DNA of 64,000 bases from Dictyostelium discoideum (GCA_000004695.1 CM000154.2:2432001-2496000); one strand, 5' to 3'. Positions 1 through 12,139 are shown, numbered from the stretch's first letter. Numbers and translations are program-made. Notes: generated from the sequence alone by a model not told the origin.

Positions 1-35
<35 letters not shown>

Positions 36-358
36 AATTAAATAAATATTAATAAGTTATTTATATTTTTGTGTAAGGGAAAAAAAAAAAAATAATGATA
101 ATGATAATAACTATGAAACCCATTCACATAAATGGATTTTTGAAAAATATCTAATTTCTTTTTTTTTAATTTTTTTTTTTTTTTTTTTCAATTTTTGATT
201 TGCGCCACTCTGTTCAGGCAATTATTTTTAAAATATGAGCTTAAAAAAAAAAAATTAAAAAAAAAAAAAAAAAAATTCCCAACTTTCGTCTTTTTTGAAA
301 TTTTTTTTTCTTTTTTTTTTTTTTTCTTTTTCACTGTACATCCTCCAAAACACATAAA

Positions 359-595
359 ATGGATTCAAAATACATTCAAAAGACTCTTTCAGCCATCACT
401 GAACAAATCACCAAAAATGCTGCTGTTCAAAAAGTTTTAGACAATAAATTTGTCAAAGAACACAAATACGCTGCTGCTGCTGCCACCGTTGGTCTTGGTG
501 TTGTTGCTGCTACTACCATCGTTAAAGCAGTTAACTGTGAAGGTAAAAGATATAACTATGATGCTATTCCAGTAAGTAATAATAATAATTTTAAT

Positions 596-647
<52 letters not shown>

Positions 648-2043
648 AAAAATAAAAATATATAAATATTTTAAAAAATAAAATCTAATTTTAAATTTAT
701 TTTTAAAATTTTAAAATTTTTAGAACTTATCATTTGATGATGAATCAATTTATGATGTTGCAACAATTGGTGCTGGTCCATCAGGTTCAGTTTTAGGTTA
801 TTATTTAGCAAGAGAAGGTAGAAAAGTTGCACTTTTAGAAAAGAAAGTTTTCCCAAGAGATAAATATTGTGGTGATGCAGTTGCAACTATGGCTCAAGAT
901 ATTCTCCGTGAAATGGGTGTCATGAAAGAATTAGTCGATGAAGATTTAGGTCATTTCGCTCAAAATGGTGGTTTTGTATCTCCAAATGGTAATTCATTCA
1001 TTGGTAACTCTGCTAAAGAATTAAAACGTGATGCCAAATACAACAGAGGTGCCGTCATTGCCGTTAAACGTATCGTTTTAGATGAAAAAGTTGCCAAAGC
1101 TGCCAAACGTATGGGTGCTGATCTCAAAGAAAACACCACCGTTGAAAACGCCACTTTTGATCGTTCAACCGGTGTTTGGACCATTAACTGTGTCGACTCT
1201 GAAGATAACACCAAGAAAATCGTTTACAGAGCTCGTGTTTTAGTTTGTGCTGATGGTTCACCATCCAACGCTGCCCGTCAATTAGGTTACGTCCACACTG
1301 AACCAAATGGTATCTGTTCAAGAGCCTACGTTAAAAATAACACCACTTTCCGTTACGATGGTGTTGTTTTCTACCCACCATCACTCTTACCAGGTTATTG
1401 CGCCATCATCCGTGAAGCTCGTGATGAACTCAACTATCTCGCCTATATCATTCCAGGTGGTAAAGTTACCAATGACGATTTATCCAAATACCATCACCAA
1501 TATATGACTGAAGATCCATTCATCTCAGCTGCCCTCGGTCCAAACCCAGATATTGAACGTATGAAAGCTGCCCCACTCCGTCTCGGTGGTATTAAGAAAT
1601 CATATGATGATCATTTATTAATTGTTGGTGATGCTGCTGGTTTCATCGATCCATTAACTGGTGAAGGTATCCAATACGCTATGGAAGGTTCAAGATTAGC
1701 TTCACTCGCTTTAATCCAAGCTTTCAACGAACGTGATCTTTCTCACCAATCTCTCAAGAGATATCAAGACTTCTGGATGGCTAAATTCGGTCACGAATTC
1801 TCAATGTCCATGACTATGTCTCTCTTCTTATACAGATTCCCAATCGTTTTAGATGCCGCCGCCTCTTTAATCGAAAAGAGAGGTTCACGTTTCCTTGCTG
1901 AATGGGCTGCCGTTATGACTGGTGTCAAACCAAAGACTTGGTTCCTTCGTCCAGATGTTGGTCCATTAATTGTCTTAGAAATCTTTGGTGAATGTTTCAG
2001 AAGAGTTTTCCAAGGTAAAAAACAAATTAAAAAATTAGATTAA
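359..2043 (+). CDS. FAD-dependent oxidoreductase, geranylgeranyl reductase-like. Two exons: join(359..571,724..2043).
   Basis: Exon 1 ends at a GTAAGT donor (572) and the acceptor AG is at 722-723; exon 2 is in frame with ORF 889..2043. A Rossmann GxGxxG motif (DVATIGAGPSGSVLGYYLAREGRKVALLEKK) sits at the start of exon 2. LIVGDAAGFIDPLTGEGI is typical of the geranylgeranyl reductase/FixC family. Confidence 0.8.
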
Positions 2044-2782
2044 ATTTCTCAAATTATAATTAAAAAATCAAAAAAAACTATAGATCAATTTCAATATGTA
2101 ATAATTTTTTTAAAAAAAAAAACAAAAAAAAACAAAAAGGTAATAATAATAAAAAAAAAAAAAAAAAATTAAATAATAATAATAATAAGTAGTTTCATTA
2201 AAAAATAATCAAAATTTTGTCTTCAATTTACAAATTTCTATCGAGGCATAAATATTGGAAAAAAAAATAATAATTAAAGAACTAAATAAAATATTATTGT
2301 TTGAAAGTTTTTGAAAAAAAAAAAAAAAAAAAATCTTTAATTATCTCTTTCGTGATTAATTTTGATTTTTACAAATTTTTCAACTGGGATTTATCTCGAA
2401 ATAATCTTTTTAAAATGATTTCAATTTACAATTTTATTTTTTTTTTTATTATTTTTTTTTTTTTTCTTAATTATTTGGATTACAATTTAAAAATTTCAGA
2501 TAAAATATATATAGCGTTAACTAAATTAATATTTTTTTTTATGTAATTATTTAACGTTATTTTTTTTTTTTTCTGATAATTTGAGTGTAAAAAAAAAAAA
2601 AAAAAAAAAAAAAGTAAAAAATTTTTTTTTTTTGTCAATCACCCAAAGCCAAAAAAAAAAAAAACTTTTTTTCTTTTTTTTTTTAAACATATTCACGTGC
2701 AGTTGTATGTATTTAAATTTTAGTTATAAAATTGTAAAATTTCTTTGGGAGGAAAAAAATAAATAATAAATAATAAATAATA

Positions 2783-2880
2783 AAAATGAAATGATGACAC
2801 CATACTTTAATCTTTGAGAACTAAAAAGAGTGGGCACATTCTATTAAGCCATGTTGACACAAATTAAAACGTCTGATTTA
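2783..2880 (+). ncRNA. Candidate box C/D snoRNA.
   Basis: An ~95-nt GC-richer island in an AT desert. Box C (aaATGATGAc, ~2789-2796) and box D (TCTGA, ~2871-2875) are flanked by a short terminal complementarity (taaa...ttta). An internal degenerate C' (tgttga) is present. No ORF. Confidence 0.35.
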
Positions 2881-3580
2881 TAATTTTTTATTATTATTAT
2901 TTATTTATTTTTTCCCAAAGGGAAAAAAAAAACAATAAAATAAAAAACTATAAAAAAAAAAATAAAAAATAATCAAATATTAACTTTTTTTTATTTCTTT
3001 TCTTATTTCGAAATAGATATTTGAAGTGCTTTTTTTTTTTTTTTTTTGTTTTCTCTCCCTTTTCCTGAACATTTCATTTTTGAATTTTTTTTTTTTTATT
3101 GTTTCTAAGAATAACTAAAATAAAAAACCATAATAAAATTTATTTAAAATTAATTTATTTCTTTTTCAAAAAAAAAAAAAAAAACATATTCCACATTTAT
3201 TAATACTGCCCCAAAAAAATTGGAAATTGTATTTATTTCTGTTTAAGAATATCCGCATATTTTGTTGTAATTCTTTTTTTTTTTTAACAATGATTTAATG
3301 TCAATTTGGAATATAAAAATAGAGCAATCAAAAATACATAAAATATGTTTAGATACAAGTCCAGCACAGTGCCATAGCTTTCCCATCATTTTTTCCCCAA
3401 AATTTATCTTTTTTTATATCCAACGTTGATCTACTGTACCTGATAAACCTGTTTAAGCTGATGAACCTGAACCGGATAAACCCACTAAAAATGTAAAACC
3501 TGTACCTGTTAAAGCATCATGATGAAACTGTACAGCTTGTACATATGTTACTAAAAAAACAATAAAACAGACCAAGCGAA

Positions 3581-3621
<41 letters not shown>

Positions 3622-3749
3622 AAGTTTTTAAATCAAAAAATCTAATTCTTATATAAAATTTATTACCTGCTCATTGTTTTTTTCAAAATAAAAAAACAAT
3701 TACAAAAAATGAAAGGTAAATTATTTAATTCTAAAAATAAAATATAATC

Positions 3750-3780
<31 letters not shown>

Positions 3781-4010
3781 AAGAATGAAATTTTTTATTT
3801 TTTTATTTTTTTTTATATTTTTTTTTTTTTTATTTGAACATTTTAAAAAAAGAAAAAAACAAAAACAAATACTTTCACAAATAAAAATGGTATATATTTA
3901 ATTATTATAAAAATTGAATTTATTTATATTAATAAACTTAAATTTGTACTAATATATTTTAAAATATTTAGAATGATGAAGAATTTTTTAGCCTTTTAAA
4001 TCAATATCCA

Positions 4011-4407
4011 ATGAGAAGTGATAACCCCTCAACTACTACAGTATGTTTCAGTTTTTATTCATAGATATTCCAATATATATAAAATACAACAAAATTATTA
4101 ATCATTTGTGTATTTTCTTTTCTAAAAAAAAAAAAAAAAAAAACAGACACAAACAAGTAGTCAACCAAATTTGTTTTCAATTTTTAATAATATGATGGGT
4201 GGAATGAATAGAAATCAAAATCAAAATCAAAATCAAGATCAAGATCAAAATCAAAATCAAGATAAAAAGGATAAAGAAAGAGAATTTTTAGTAAAATTAA
4301 AACAATTTTTAGATAATAATGTAAACAATCAAGAAGAAGCAGATTTAATTTTTACCAATTTTAAAAAGAACCATTTAAAATATATTAAAGAAAATAATCT
4401 ACAATAA
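4011..4407 (+). CDS. Hypothetical small N/Q-rich protein. Tentative model join(4011..4040,4147..4407).
   Basis: ATG at 4011 is followed by 10 codons and a GTATGT donor at 4041. The only in-frame acceptor (AG 4145-4146) joins phase 0 to ORF 4171..4407. The track 'M' at 4171 is TTG. No recognizable domain. Confidence 0.35.
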
Positions 4408-4600
4408 ATGTAATATATATAAAATAACAAAATTAATGATACATATTCAACTTTATTTAAAAAAAGAAATAACAGAGGGGGTTTTAATTATAAAATACCA
4501 TTGTTAAAGATTTGGATTATATTTATTTTATTTTATTATTTTATTTTATTTTATTTATTTATTTATTATTACTACAATTGTATTATTATATTTTTTATTT

Positions 4601-5281
4601 TTAAAATTTTGGTTTAATTGGTAAAAATTTAGTATGTGAACCTTTAGCTACAACTAAACCACTATCTTCAGAACCTAAATAAATTGTTGTCTCTGTAAAT
4701 GCGATATTTCTTCCTTGTCTATACATTGATGAAACTATAAAAATTTTAGAACCAACAGGTGCTGCTGTTGAATATTTCGTACTAAGTTCAACTGAAACAC
4801 CTGGATTTATATCATCTAAATTTGTACTTATAATTGCAAATGTTGATATAACATCTATAAAAGTTGTCAGTAAGAACCCAATTAAAAGAAACAAACAAAC
4901 AAATAAATACAATAAAAAATATAATTAATAATACTTACCAATTAGAGTTGCTATACTGCCACCATGTAATGTACTTGAATTAAATAATAATTAAATAATA
5001 ATTAATATAAATAATATATTTTTTTTAATTGTTTTTATTTATTTATTTATTTGTTTATTTATTTATTTATTAAAATTAAAAAATTAGTATTACCCTAAAC
5101 CATTGCAATGTCTTTGCTCTACAACCATTGACATTACAATTCTACCCTTTTCATATGATTCGCAGGTACATATATCTAAAAATTGTGTATCAAATTGTTC
5201 TATTGATGACCATCTTTTAATTATTAATGAGAGTTTTTCACTCAATTCTTTATTTTTTGCTTTAATTATCATCTTTGACAT
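4601..5281 (-). CDS. Hotdog-fold thioesterase (PaaI/4HBT, acyl-CoA thioesterase 13-like). complement(join(4601..4844,4939..4973,5094..5281)).
   Basis: Splicing removes the spurious 'LFVCLFLLIGFLLTTFI' read-through and yields ...HCNGLG|TLHGGSIATLI|DVISTFAII..., the canonical HGG...ATL.D active-site segment. Donors are GTAATA and GTAAGT; acceptors are cAAG and tatAG. Phases are consistent: 2 then 1. Confidence 0.75.
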
Positions 5282-5373
5282 GTCTTGGTATTGTTTTTTT
5301 TAAAAATTAATTAATTTAGTTTCAAAAAATAAAAAATAAAAAAAAAAGGAAATGAAAAAAAAAATTAAAATAA

Positions 5374-5406
<33 letters not shown>

Positions 5407-5451
5407 AAAATAAATAAAATCGAAAATTTTCGTATAAAATGTTTATTAAAT

Positions 5452-5748
5452 TTAAATTAAAGAGGGAATATCCTCTTCATAATTTTTTTGAGCATTTTGA
5501 TCTTTTTCTATAATTATTATTTTATTATCTAAATTATTATTATTTTTAAACTTTTTGAAAAAATGTAATATATTTTTTTTAGATTTTTTATTTTGTTCAC
5601 TAATTATTATATTAACAGGATCAGAAATAATTTCTTCTTTATTTATTTGGGTGGTTGTTGTTGTTATTGTAGGATCATTTTTAAATAGATTTCCAGTTTT
5701 CTTCTTTTTTAATAAATTTGAATATGCTTTGGCTTCGTAAAATTCCAT
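5452..5748 (-). CDS. Hypothetical low-complexity K/N-rich protein (98 aa).
   Basis: ATG-initiated ORF (reverse complement of 'cat' at 5746-5748). No recognizable domain. Composition-driven, so weak. Confidence 0.3.
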   Translation of the reverse strand: MEFYEAKAYSNLLKKKKTGNLFKNDPTITTTTTQINKEEIISDPVNIIISEQNKKSKKNILHFFKKFKNNNNLDNKIIIIEKDQNAQKNYEEDIPSLI

Positions 5749-6034
5749 TTCTTTTTAATTATTATTTTATATATTTTTTATTTTTTAATTATTATTTTTA
5801 TTTTTATTTTTATTTTTATTTTTATTTTTATTTTTTAGTTTATTTATTTATTTATTTATTTATTTATTTTTTTATTCAATTTTTTTTTTAATTTATTGTT
5901 TAGAAAAAAAAATAAAAAATCAATTTATACTTTTTTTTTTCAACTTCGGCATTTTTTGAGAAGTGTTCTTTTTACCAAAACAACCAAAAAATTGGGAAAA
6001 ATCTCAAAAAAAAAAAAAAATAAAAAAAAATTGA

Positions 6035-6070
<36 letters not shown>

Positions 6071-6821
6071 ATAAAAAATAAAAAAAGAACTCATCGAAAA
6101 TTACAACAATTTAAAAAAAAAAATAAAAAAAAAAAAAGAATTATGAGGGGTAATCTATAAATAAATTAAAAAATAAAAAATAAAAAAAAAAAAAAAAAAA
6201 AGAATAGAGAATGAAAAAAAAGAACAATTTAAAAAAAAGAAAAAATAAAAATAAATTAATAAAAGTTATTGTGTGTAAAAGAGATCTATTTTAAAATTGT
6301 TTTTATTTTTTTTTTTATTTTTTATTTTTTTTATTTTTTATTTTTTTTATTTTTTATTTTTTTTATTTTTTATTTTTTTTATTTTTTATTTTTTATTATA
6401 TTAATACAATAACAGTGTTTTTACATTCAAAAAAAAAAAAAAATAAATAATTCAAAAATCATAATGGTTATATTCATTTTTTTATATTTTATATCGTTTT
6501 GTTTGAGTTCTATTTATTAAGGGGAGTCGCATAGAAAATAAAAAATATAAGTAAAAAAAAAAAAAAAGAGGCGACAAACCCACCAGCGCCGCATAAAATT
6601 ACTTTTCACCAGTTTAATGCTTAAATTTTTACATCCGACCACCCTTAATAAATCTTGTTTATTTTTCCTATTTAAAAGAACAGAAATTTAATTTTACGTA
6701 CAATGAGGGTTTGTTAATCACTATTAAATGATTAGCTTTATTTTATTTTATTTTCATATTTTAATTTTAGTGTTTTATTTTTTTTAGAAAAAATAATGAA
6801 CCAAGTTCTATACCTAAATCT

Positions 6822-7145
6822 TTACCAAGTCATAGATTTAGCCTCCATAGATGAAACCTCTTCTTGAAGAATACCAATAGTTTTTAAATTATTTGTTCTG
6901 CCAAGTCTGTTAGAATTTTTTATATAATTTTTAGCTTTTTCTACGGTAATATTCAATTTTTTTGAGAGAGTGATCGCTGTTATATTCTGTAAACCAACTT
7001 CTGCAATGTATTCGGCAAGTATAATTTTTTGTTGCTCTGAGAGTTCCTCTAGTTTAGGTTTTGGAACAGAAAGTGGAGCTAAAGTAACACCAGAGTCGTT
7101 AGCCTCTTTTTTAATATCATTTATTATTTTGTCAAGTGGGTCCAT
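6822..7145 (-). CDS. Hypothetical small protein (~108 aa) with a helix-turn-helix-like segment.
   Basis: The true ATG is at 7145 (MDPLDKIINDIKK...). The upstream poly-F in the track ORF is a translated poly(A) tract. The central segment (SEQQKIILAEYIAEVGLQNITAITLSKKLNITVEKAKNYI) resembles a winged-helix/sigma region-4-like module. Confidence 0.45.
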   Translation of the reverse strand: MDPLDKIINDIKKEANDSGVTLAPLSVPKPKLEELSEQQKIILAEYIAEVGLQNITAITLSKKLNITVEKAKNYIKNSNRLGRTNNLKTIGILQEEVSSMEAKSMTW

Positions 7146-7586
7146 GTTTGGTGTGAAAAAGAAAAAAAAAAAAAAAAAAAATGAAAATAAAAAAAAAAAG
7201 TTTTGCAATTTGGAGAACTCAATTTATAGGTTGTATTGTGCAGGGAGAAAAATGAAAAAAAAAAAAAAAATCAAAATTTCAATTTTTATTGTTAATTTTT
7301 CTTTCAATTAAAACAGTGTTTATAAAATTTACCCATACCTTTTTTGTTTTTATCTATTTTCTTCTCTTTTAATTAATTTTAAACTATTTTGTTTAAAAAT
7401 GAATTATAACCTATTTATTTATTTTTTATTTTTAATTTTTTTAGTTTATTATTTATTTGTATTAATTAGAAAGTTATTCGACTGTTTATAAATGTAAAGT
7501 AATATTTTTTAAATTTAATCTTTTTTTTAATTTGTTTAAAAAATCAAAAGTAAAATTTTAATTGACGAGTTATTTTTTTTTTTTTT

Positions 7587-8335
7587 TTAGTATGTAAGAC
7601 TAACCCAATAAACATTAAATGGATTATTTAAATAACTATTTGAAAAAATTGTTTTCTTTGATTTGAAACCATGATTAAAATCTACCACCTCCAATAAGAA
7701 TTGATTTTCATCGATATAAGTAATAAAAACCAAAGAGGATTTATCTCTTGATAAAAAGTAAGGAGAGAAAGCATAAGGAACAGTACCAATATTATATTTG
7801 AATACACCAAAACATTCCATTAATATAGAATCTACTTCACATACAAAGACATCACCACTATTATCTTGATATACTAAGAATAGATTACCCAATTTATCAG
7901 TGAACATCATTGTAACATCAAAACCTTGAATATTTTTAAGAATACCATAAGTTTCAATAATGTCAGAAGTAGTTTCATTAAATGCCACTAAAACATTATT
8001 ATTTGATGAATTATAACATGCGAATACGTAATCATTCAATTGATCATATGCAACATTTGGTATACTACCAGCGGTTGAAATTTGATTTTCATTTGATATA
8101 TTTACAAATGTACCTTTACCACTTTCAAAATCTAAACGTAATAAACTACTAAGTTCACCACCACCATTAATATCTACCACTGGTTTATACAATACCTTTT
8201 TTTCACTAATAAATACACTTGGTTGAAGCATATCTTCAAATCCTGCTATTGGTGGTGTTATTTTATTAATTAATTTTGATTGTAATGTCTAATAAATAAA
8301 TTAAAAATTAATAAATAAATTAATAAATTAAAAAA

Positions 8336-8402
<67 letters not shown>

Positions 8403-8889
8403 ATTAATAAACAAATACATTTGGGTTAATTGAAATCAATGATTGATTTGTACTTTCAGAATAAACAATAAACTAAAATAAATAAATGAAAAAAAAAAAA
8501 AAAAAAAATTTAGGAAGGTTAGAATATTATTTTTTAAAAAATAAAATGATAATAATAAAAATAAAAATAATTAATTTAATAATTACAGTATTTGATTCTT
8601 CAACAATTAAAATATCATCAATTTCGAAATTAAGTTGTAAAGATTCACTTAAAATTGTATTATTTTCCCAAGGATCAATAATCAAAAATTGTTGTTGTTT
8701 ATAATTTTCAATAACTGCAATTGCATAAATATATTTTGAAGGTGCAGGTGAGGATGAACTTTCGGATGAAGACCATGATGACGAAGACGATGATGATGAT
8801 GAAGACGATGATGATGATGAACTTGCAAATGAAATTGATATAAAAAAAAATGAAATTATAAAAATTAAAATTGTTTTTTTAAATATCAT
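7587..8889 (-). CDS. Secreted Ser-rich hypothetical protein. complement(join(7587..8288,8587..8889)).
   Basis: N-terminal signal peptide (MIFKKTILIFIISFFFISISFA) is followed by a run of ~18 Ser. The GTAATT donor after ...EESNT (8586-8585) and the acceptor ttAG (8290-8289) join phase 0 to TLQSKLINKITPPIAGFEDMLQPS... The intron carries the (AAAT)n microsatellite. Confidence 0.6.
8320..8412. repeat. (AAAT)n microsatellite, ~20 units.
   Basis: A direct aaataaataaat... run. It lies inside the intron of the 7587..8889 gene. Confidence 0.9.
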
Positions 8890-9550
8890 TTTATTTTATT
8901 TTATTTGTATATATTTAGTTACAAAAATATTTTTTATTGTGATAAGTTTTAAAAAAAAGTAAATAAAAAAAAAAAAAAAATAGAACACTGCGATTACAAT
9001 TGTGTTTTATATTGATTTTTTTTTTTTAATTTTTTTTTTAATTTATTATTTTAGAAAAGGTTTATTTTTTGAAAAAAAAAATCAAACACCACACGAAAGA
9101 AAAAAAAAAATCTAAAAGATATTTTTTTTTTGGGATTTTTAGATTTTTATTTTTATTATTTAGGAAATCAAATTTTAATTTTATTAATTTATGTAATCAA
9201 TAAAATGCGACATAATTTTTAGATAAAAAACTTACATTATATTATTGTTTTAATTAACTTAATTTTTTTTTTTCTTAATCCAGAAAAAAAGAATTTCATT
9301 CTTTTTGATTATTTTAATATCTTTTTTTTTTTTTTTTTTTTTTTTAAAAATCAATGTATTGTAATGATAATTCAAGTTTGCCCAATTTTGTAATTTAGGA
9401 TATTTTTAAATTGGGAAATCATAAAAAAATAATTTTCAAATTTCGAAAAGTGTGCAAACTTGAATGATTGTTACAATATTTAGATTATTTTTATTTTTAT
9501 TTTTTTTTTTTTATTATAATTTTTTTTTTATTTTTTTTTTTTTTAAACAA

Positions 9551-10522
9551 TCAATATAATTTTGGAATTTCAATATTTGATTGTTTATCTTTATCTAAAT
9601 CAGTAGAATTTGAAAGATTTGACCATTTTTCATTCTCTTTTAAATGAGACTGTAAAAGATTTGTACATTGATTTAAAGAATCTGAACCTAAAAATAAATG
9701 AGTTGGAATTTCATTCATACTTGGTAATTGAATTATAACATTTGCAGCTTTTTCAGGATCACCAATTGCAATTGGAGAATATTTATAAAACCTTTGAATT
9801 AATTCATTTGTTTTATATTCATCAATCATATTATTTGGTATTTGAAAATTACAAAAATAACCGTCATTATCATTCTCATTTTTATCTTTGTAACCAATTA
9901 CAAACCCAGTTCTGAATCCACCAGGACAAACTAAAATTACATTTACATTGAATGGTTTTAATTCTTTTTGAGCAGAGAATGTAATTGAATTGACAGCATG
10001 TTTAGTTGAAGAATATGCTGAATAGCATTTCATAGTACCCCAACCTAATGTTGAAGAAATGTTAATGATAGTACCAGACCTTTGTTTTCTAAGATATGGT
10101 GTTGAATGTCTTAGTAAATTTAAAACACCAAATACATTTACATCATAAATCTTTCGAAATTCAGTATCGGTTAATTCTTCAATTGACCCAACTAATCCAT
10201 ATCCTGCATTATTTATTACAATATCAATTCTTTGGAATTTCTTTATTGTTAACTCTATTGATTCTTTAACTGATTGATCATTAGTAATATCAGTTTTAAT
10301 AATTAATAAATTCTCTTTCTTATAATCAATTAGCTTTAATTGATTCTCTAATTTTTCTGGTGTACGAGTTAATGCTGAAATTAAATTTCCATTTTCTAAT
10401 AAATTTTTTACAATTATTAATCCAAAACCACTTGATGATCCACTTATTAACCAAACTTTTTCTTTATTATTAGTAAAATCATTATTAATATTATTATTAT
10501 GATTTTTATTATTTAATTCCAT
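9551..10522 (-). CDS. Short-chain dehydrogenase/reductase (SDR).
   Basis: Single exon. N-terminal TGxxxGxG-type Rossmann motif (LISGSSSGFGLIIVKNLL), an NNAGYG motif and a catalytic YxxxK (YSSTKHAVNS). Confidence 0.85.
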   Translation of the reverse strand: MELNNKNHNNNINNDFTNNKEKVWLISGSSSGFGLIIVKNLLENGNLISALTRTPEKLENQLKLIDYKKENLLIIKTDITNDQSVKESIELTIKKFQRIDIVINNAGYGLVGSIEELTDTEFRKIYDVNVFGVLNLLRHSTPYLRKQRSGTIINISSTLGWGTMKCYSAYSSTKHAVNSITFSAQKELKPFNVNVILVCPGGFRTGFVIGYKDKNENDNDGYFCNFQIPNNMIDEYKTNELIQRFYKYSPIAIGDPEKAANVIIQLPSMNEIPTHLFLGSDSLNQCTNLLQSHLKENEKWSNLSNSTDLDKDKQSNIEIPKLY

Positions 10523-10799
10523 TATATTATATCATAATAATTATAATAACCCCTTTTAAAAAAAATAAAATTATTATTTCTTAAATTTAATTTTTTTTTT
10601 TTTTATTTTTTAAATTATTTTTATTTTATTTATATTTTATTATTTTTTTTTTTAAAAGACTCATTTTCACCCTATTAGTATTAGTACAAAAATTCCATTA
10701 TAATATAAATTAAATGACCCCTTTTAAATAAAGAAAAATTAGTATTTCTTAAATTTAATTTTTTTATTTTTTTTTTTTAAATTTTTTTTATTTTTTTTT

Positions 10800-11600
10800 T
10801 ATTATGTGAAATACAGCAAGGTGGTAATATGGAGAATTACCAAATAAAATTATGAATATCATTATTCAGTAATTTTAGCTTTTTTCTTGAGGTTCAGAAT
10901 CTTTTGTTTGATTCAGCTAACATTTTGATTCTTCTCTGATTTAAGGGAATAAATGATGTAGGCTAGTGATTCTGTATCAAATTCTTTCATTAAGTCTAGA
11001 ATTCACCACCTAATTATATTCTATTGAATTGATAAATGGNNNNNNNNNNNNNNNNNNNNNNNNNNNNNNNNNNNNNNNNNNNNNNNNNNNNNNNNNNNNN
11101 NNNNNNNNNNNNNNNNNNNNNNNNNNNNNNNNNNNNNNNCTCGTTCTTGCGTCTATTTTTTGAATGTTATGGACTTTTTAATATTTCATCTTAGCCATTT
11201 ATCAATTCTAACCTTGATGTGTAATGTCATGTCATTAAAGGGTTTGAGGCTTTCTGTCTTGATTCTTTTCGGCTACATTCTCTTTCTTCCTTCAAATTGC
11301 AATCAAAGTAACAAATTGTATCTGTCAAACTTAATTAAGTTGTTTGTTTACCAACTTTGTAATCTTTCAATCCATATTCTAATTTTTACGGTTTAATGCA
11401 ATAGAATATTATTAGCTTTGCCAATTGATTTCTATCAAAAAACGATACAATTGAATATTAAATCAGATAACATAGTGGAGTCTATTGTTAAATTTTTCTT
11501 GGAAATTGAAAAATCCAATAATCTTGTTAAAACTTTTTGATCATTATTTTCAATTATATAATATATTGGACTTTTTCCATATGAATCTTTCAATTTATAA
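10800..11600. mobile_element. Probable transposable-element/LTR-like repeat fragment spanning an assembly gap.
   Basis: Base composition and k-mer texture differ from the surroundings (GC ~30%, no homopolymers). There is no long ORF. It is interrupted by a 100-N scaffold gap at 11040-11139, which is typical of repeat-induced assembly breaks. The element family is not identifiable by eye. Confidence 0.35.
11040..11139. other. Assembly gap (100 N).
   Basis: A run of exactly 100 N characters. Confidence 1.
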
Positions 11601-11859
11601 AAAAAAAAAAAAAAGTTAGCAACTAAATAAAATTTAAATATTAATAAAAGTACCTACACATTTATTAATTTTTGTGTTCCTTTTTTAGTTTTTATCCCAT
11701 ACAAAAAAAAGGTGAAAAAAAAAATAATTATTATATATTATTTTTAATTCCATTTTGTAAAAAAAATAAAATTATTATTATATAATATTTTTTTATTATT
11801 TTTAAAAAAAAAAAAAAAAAAAATTATTTAAAAAAGTATTAAATATTGTGGATTAAAAA

Positions 11860-12085
11860 AAAAATTATTAAAAAAAAAAAAATAACAATATTGGTGACCA
11901 AAAAAAAAAATCACAATATTGGTGACCAAAAAAAAAAATAATATAAAATCACAGGATTGGTGATCAAAAAAAAAAATTAATAAAAAATCATAGGATTGGT
12001 GATAAAAAAATCACAATATTGGTGGTCAAAAAAAAAATTATATAAAAAAAAAAAAATCACAGGATTGGTGATGAAAAAAAAAAAT
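11860..12085. repeat. Degenerate tandem repeat (~30-40 bp unit, ~6 copies) with a palindromic core.
   Basis: Repeated units of A-run + 'aatcacaatattggtgac' / 'aatcacaggattggtgat'. The core TCAC-AATATT-GGTGA is a near-perfect inverted repeat. It lies 60-280 bp upstream of the WD40 gene's ATG. Confidence 0.8.
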
Positions 12086-12139
12086 TATTAAAAAAAAAAA
12101 AAAAAAAAAGTCAATTTCAAAAAAAAACTGCAATGTGAA

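Noticed and set aside
195-440. ORFs rich in K/F (195..440, 671..886, 2301..2766, 5896..6081, 6970..7311, 31334-side poly-F, 33780..34067, 35428..35704, 41280..41477, 53364..53899, etc.).
   Set aside because: They are translations of poly(A)/poly(T) and AT-microsatellite tracts (KKKK/FFFF/NNNN), with no codon structure or domain. The upstream part of 359..601 belongs to the real oxidoreductase exon 1, not to the 195..440 ORF.
8486-8704. Plus-strand ORF 8486..8704 (72 aa).
   Set aside because: It lies inside exon 1 and the intron of the minus-strand secreted-protein gene and is low-complexity; the minus-strand signal peptide and Ser-run model is far better supported.
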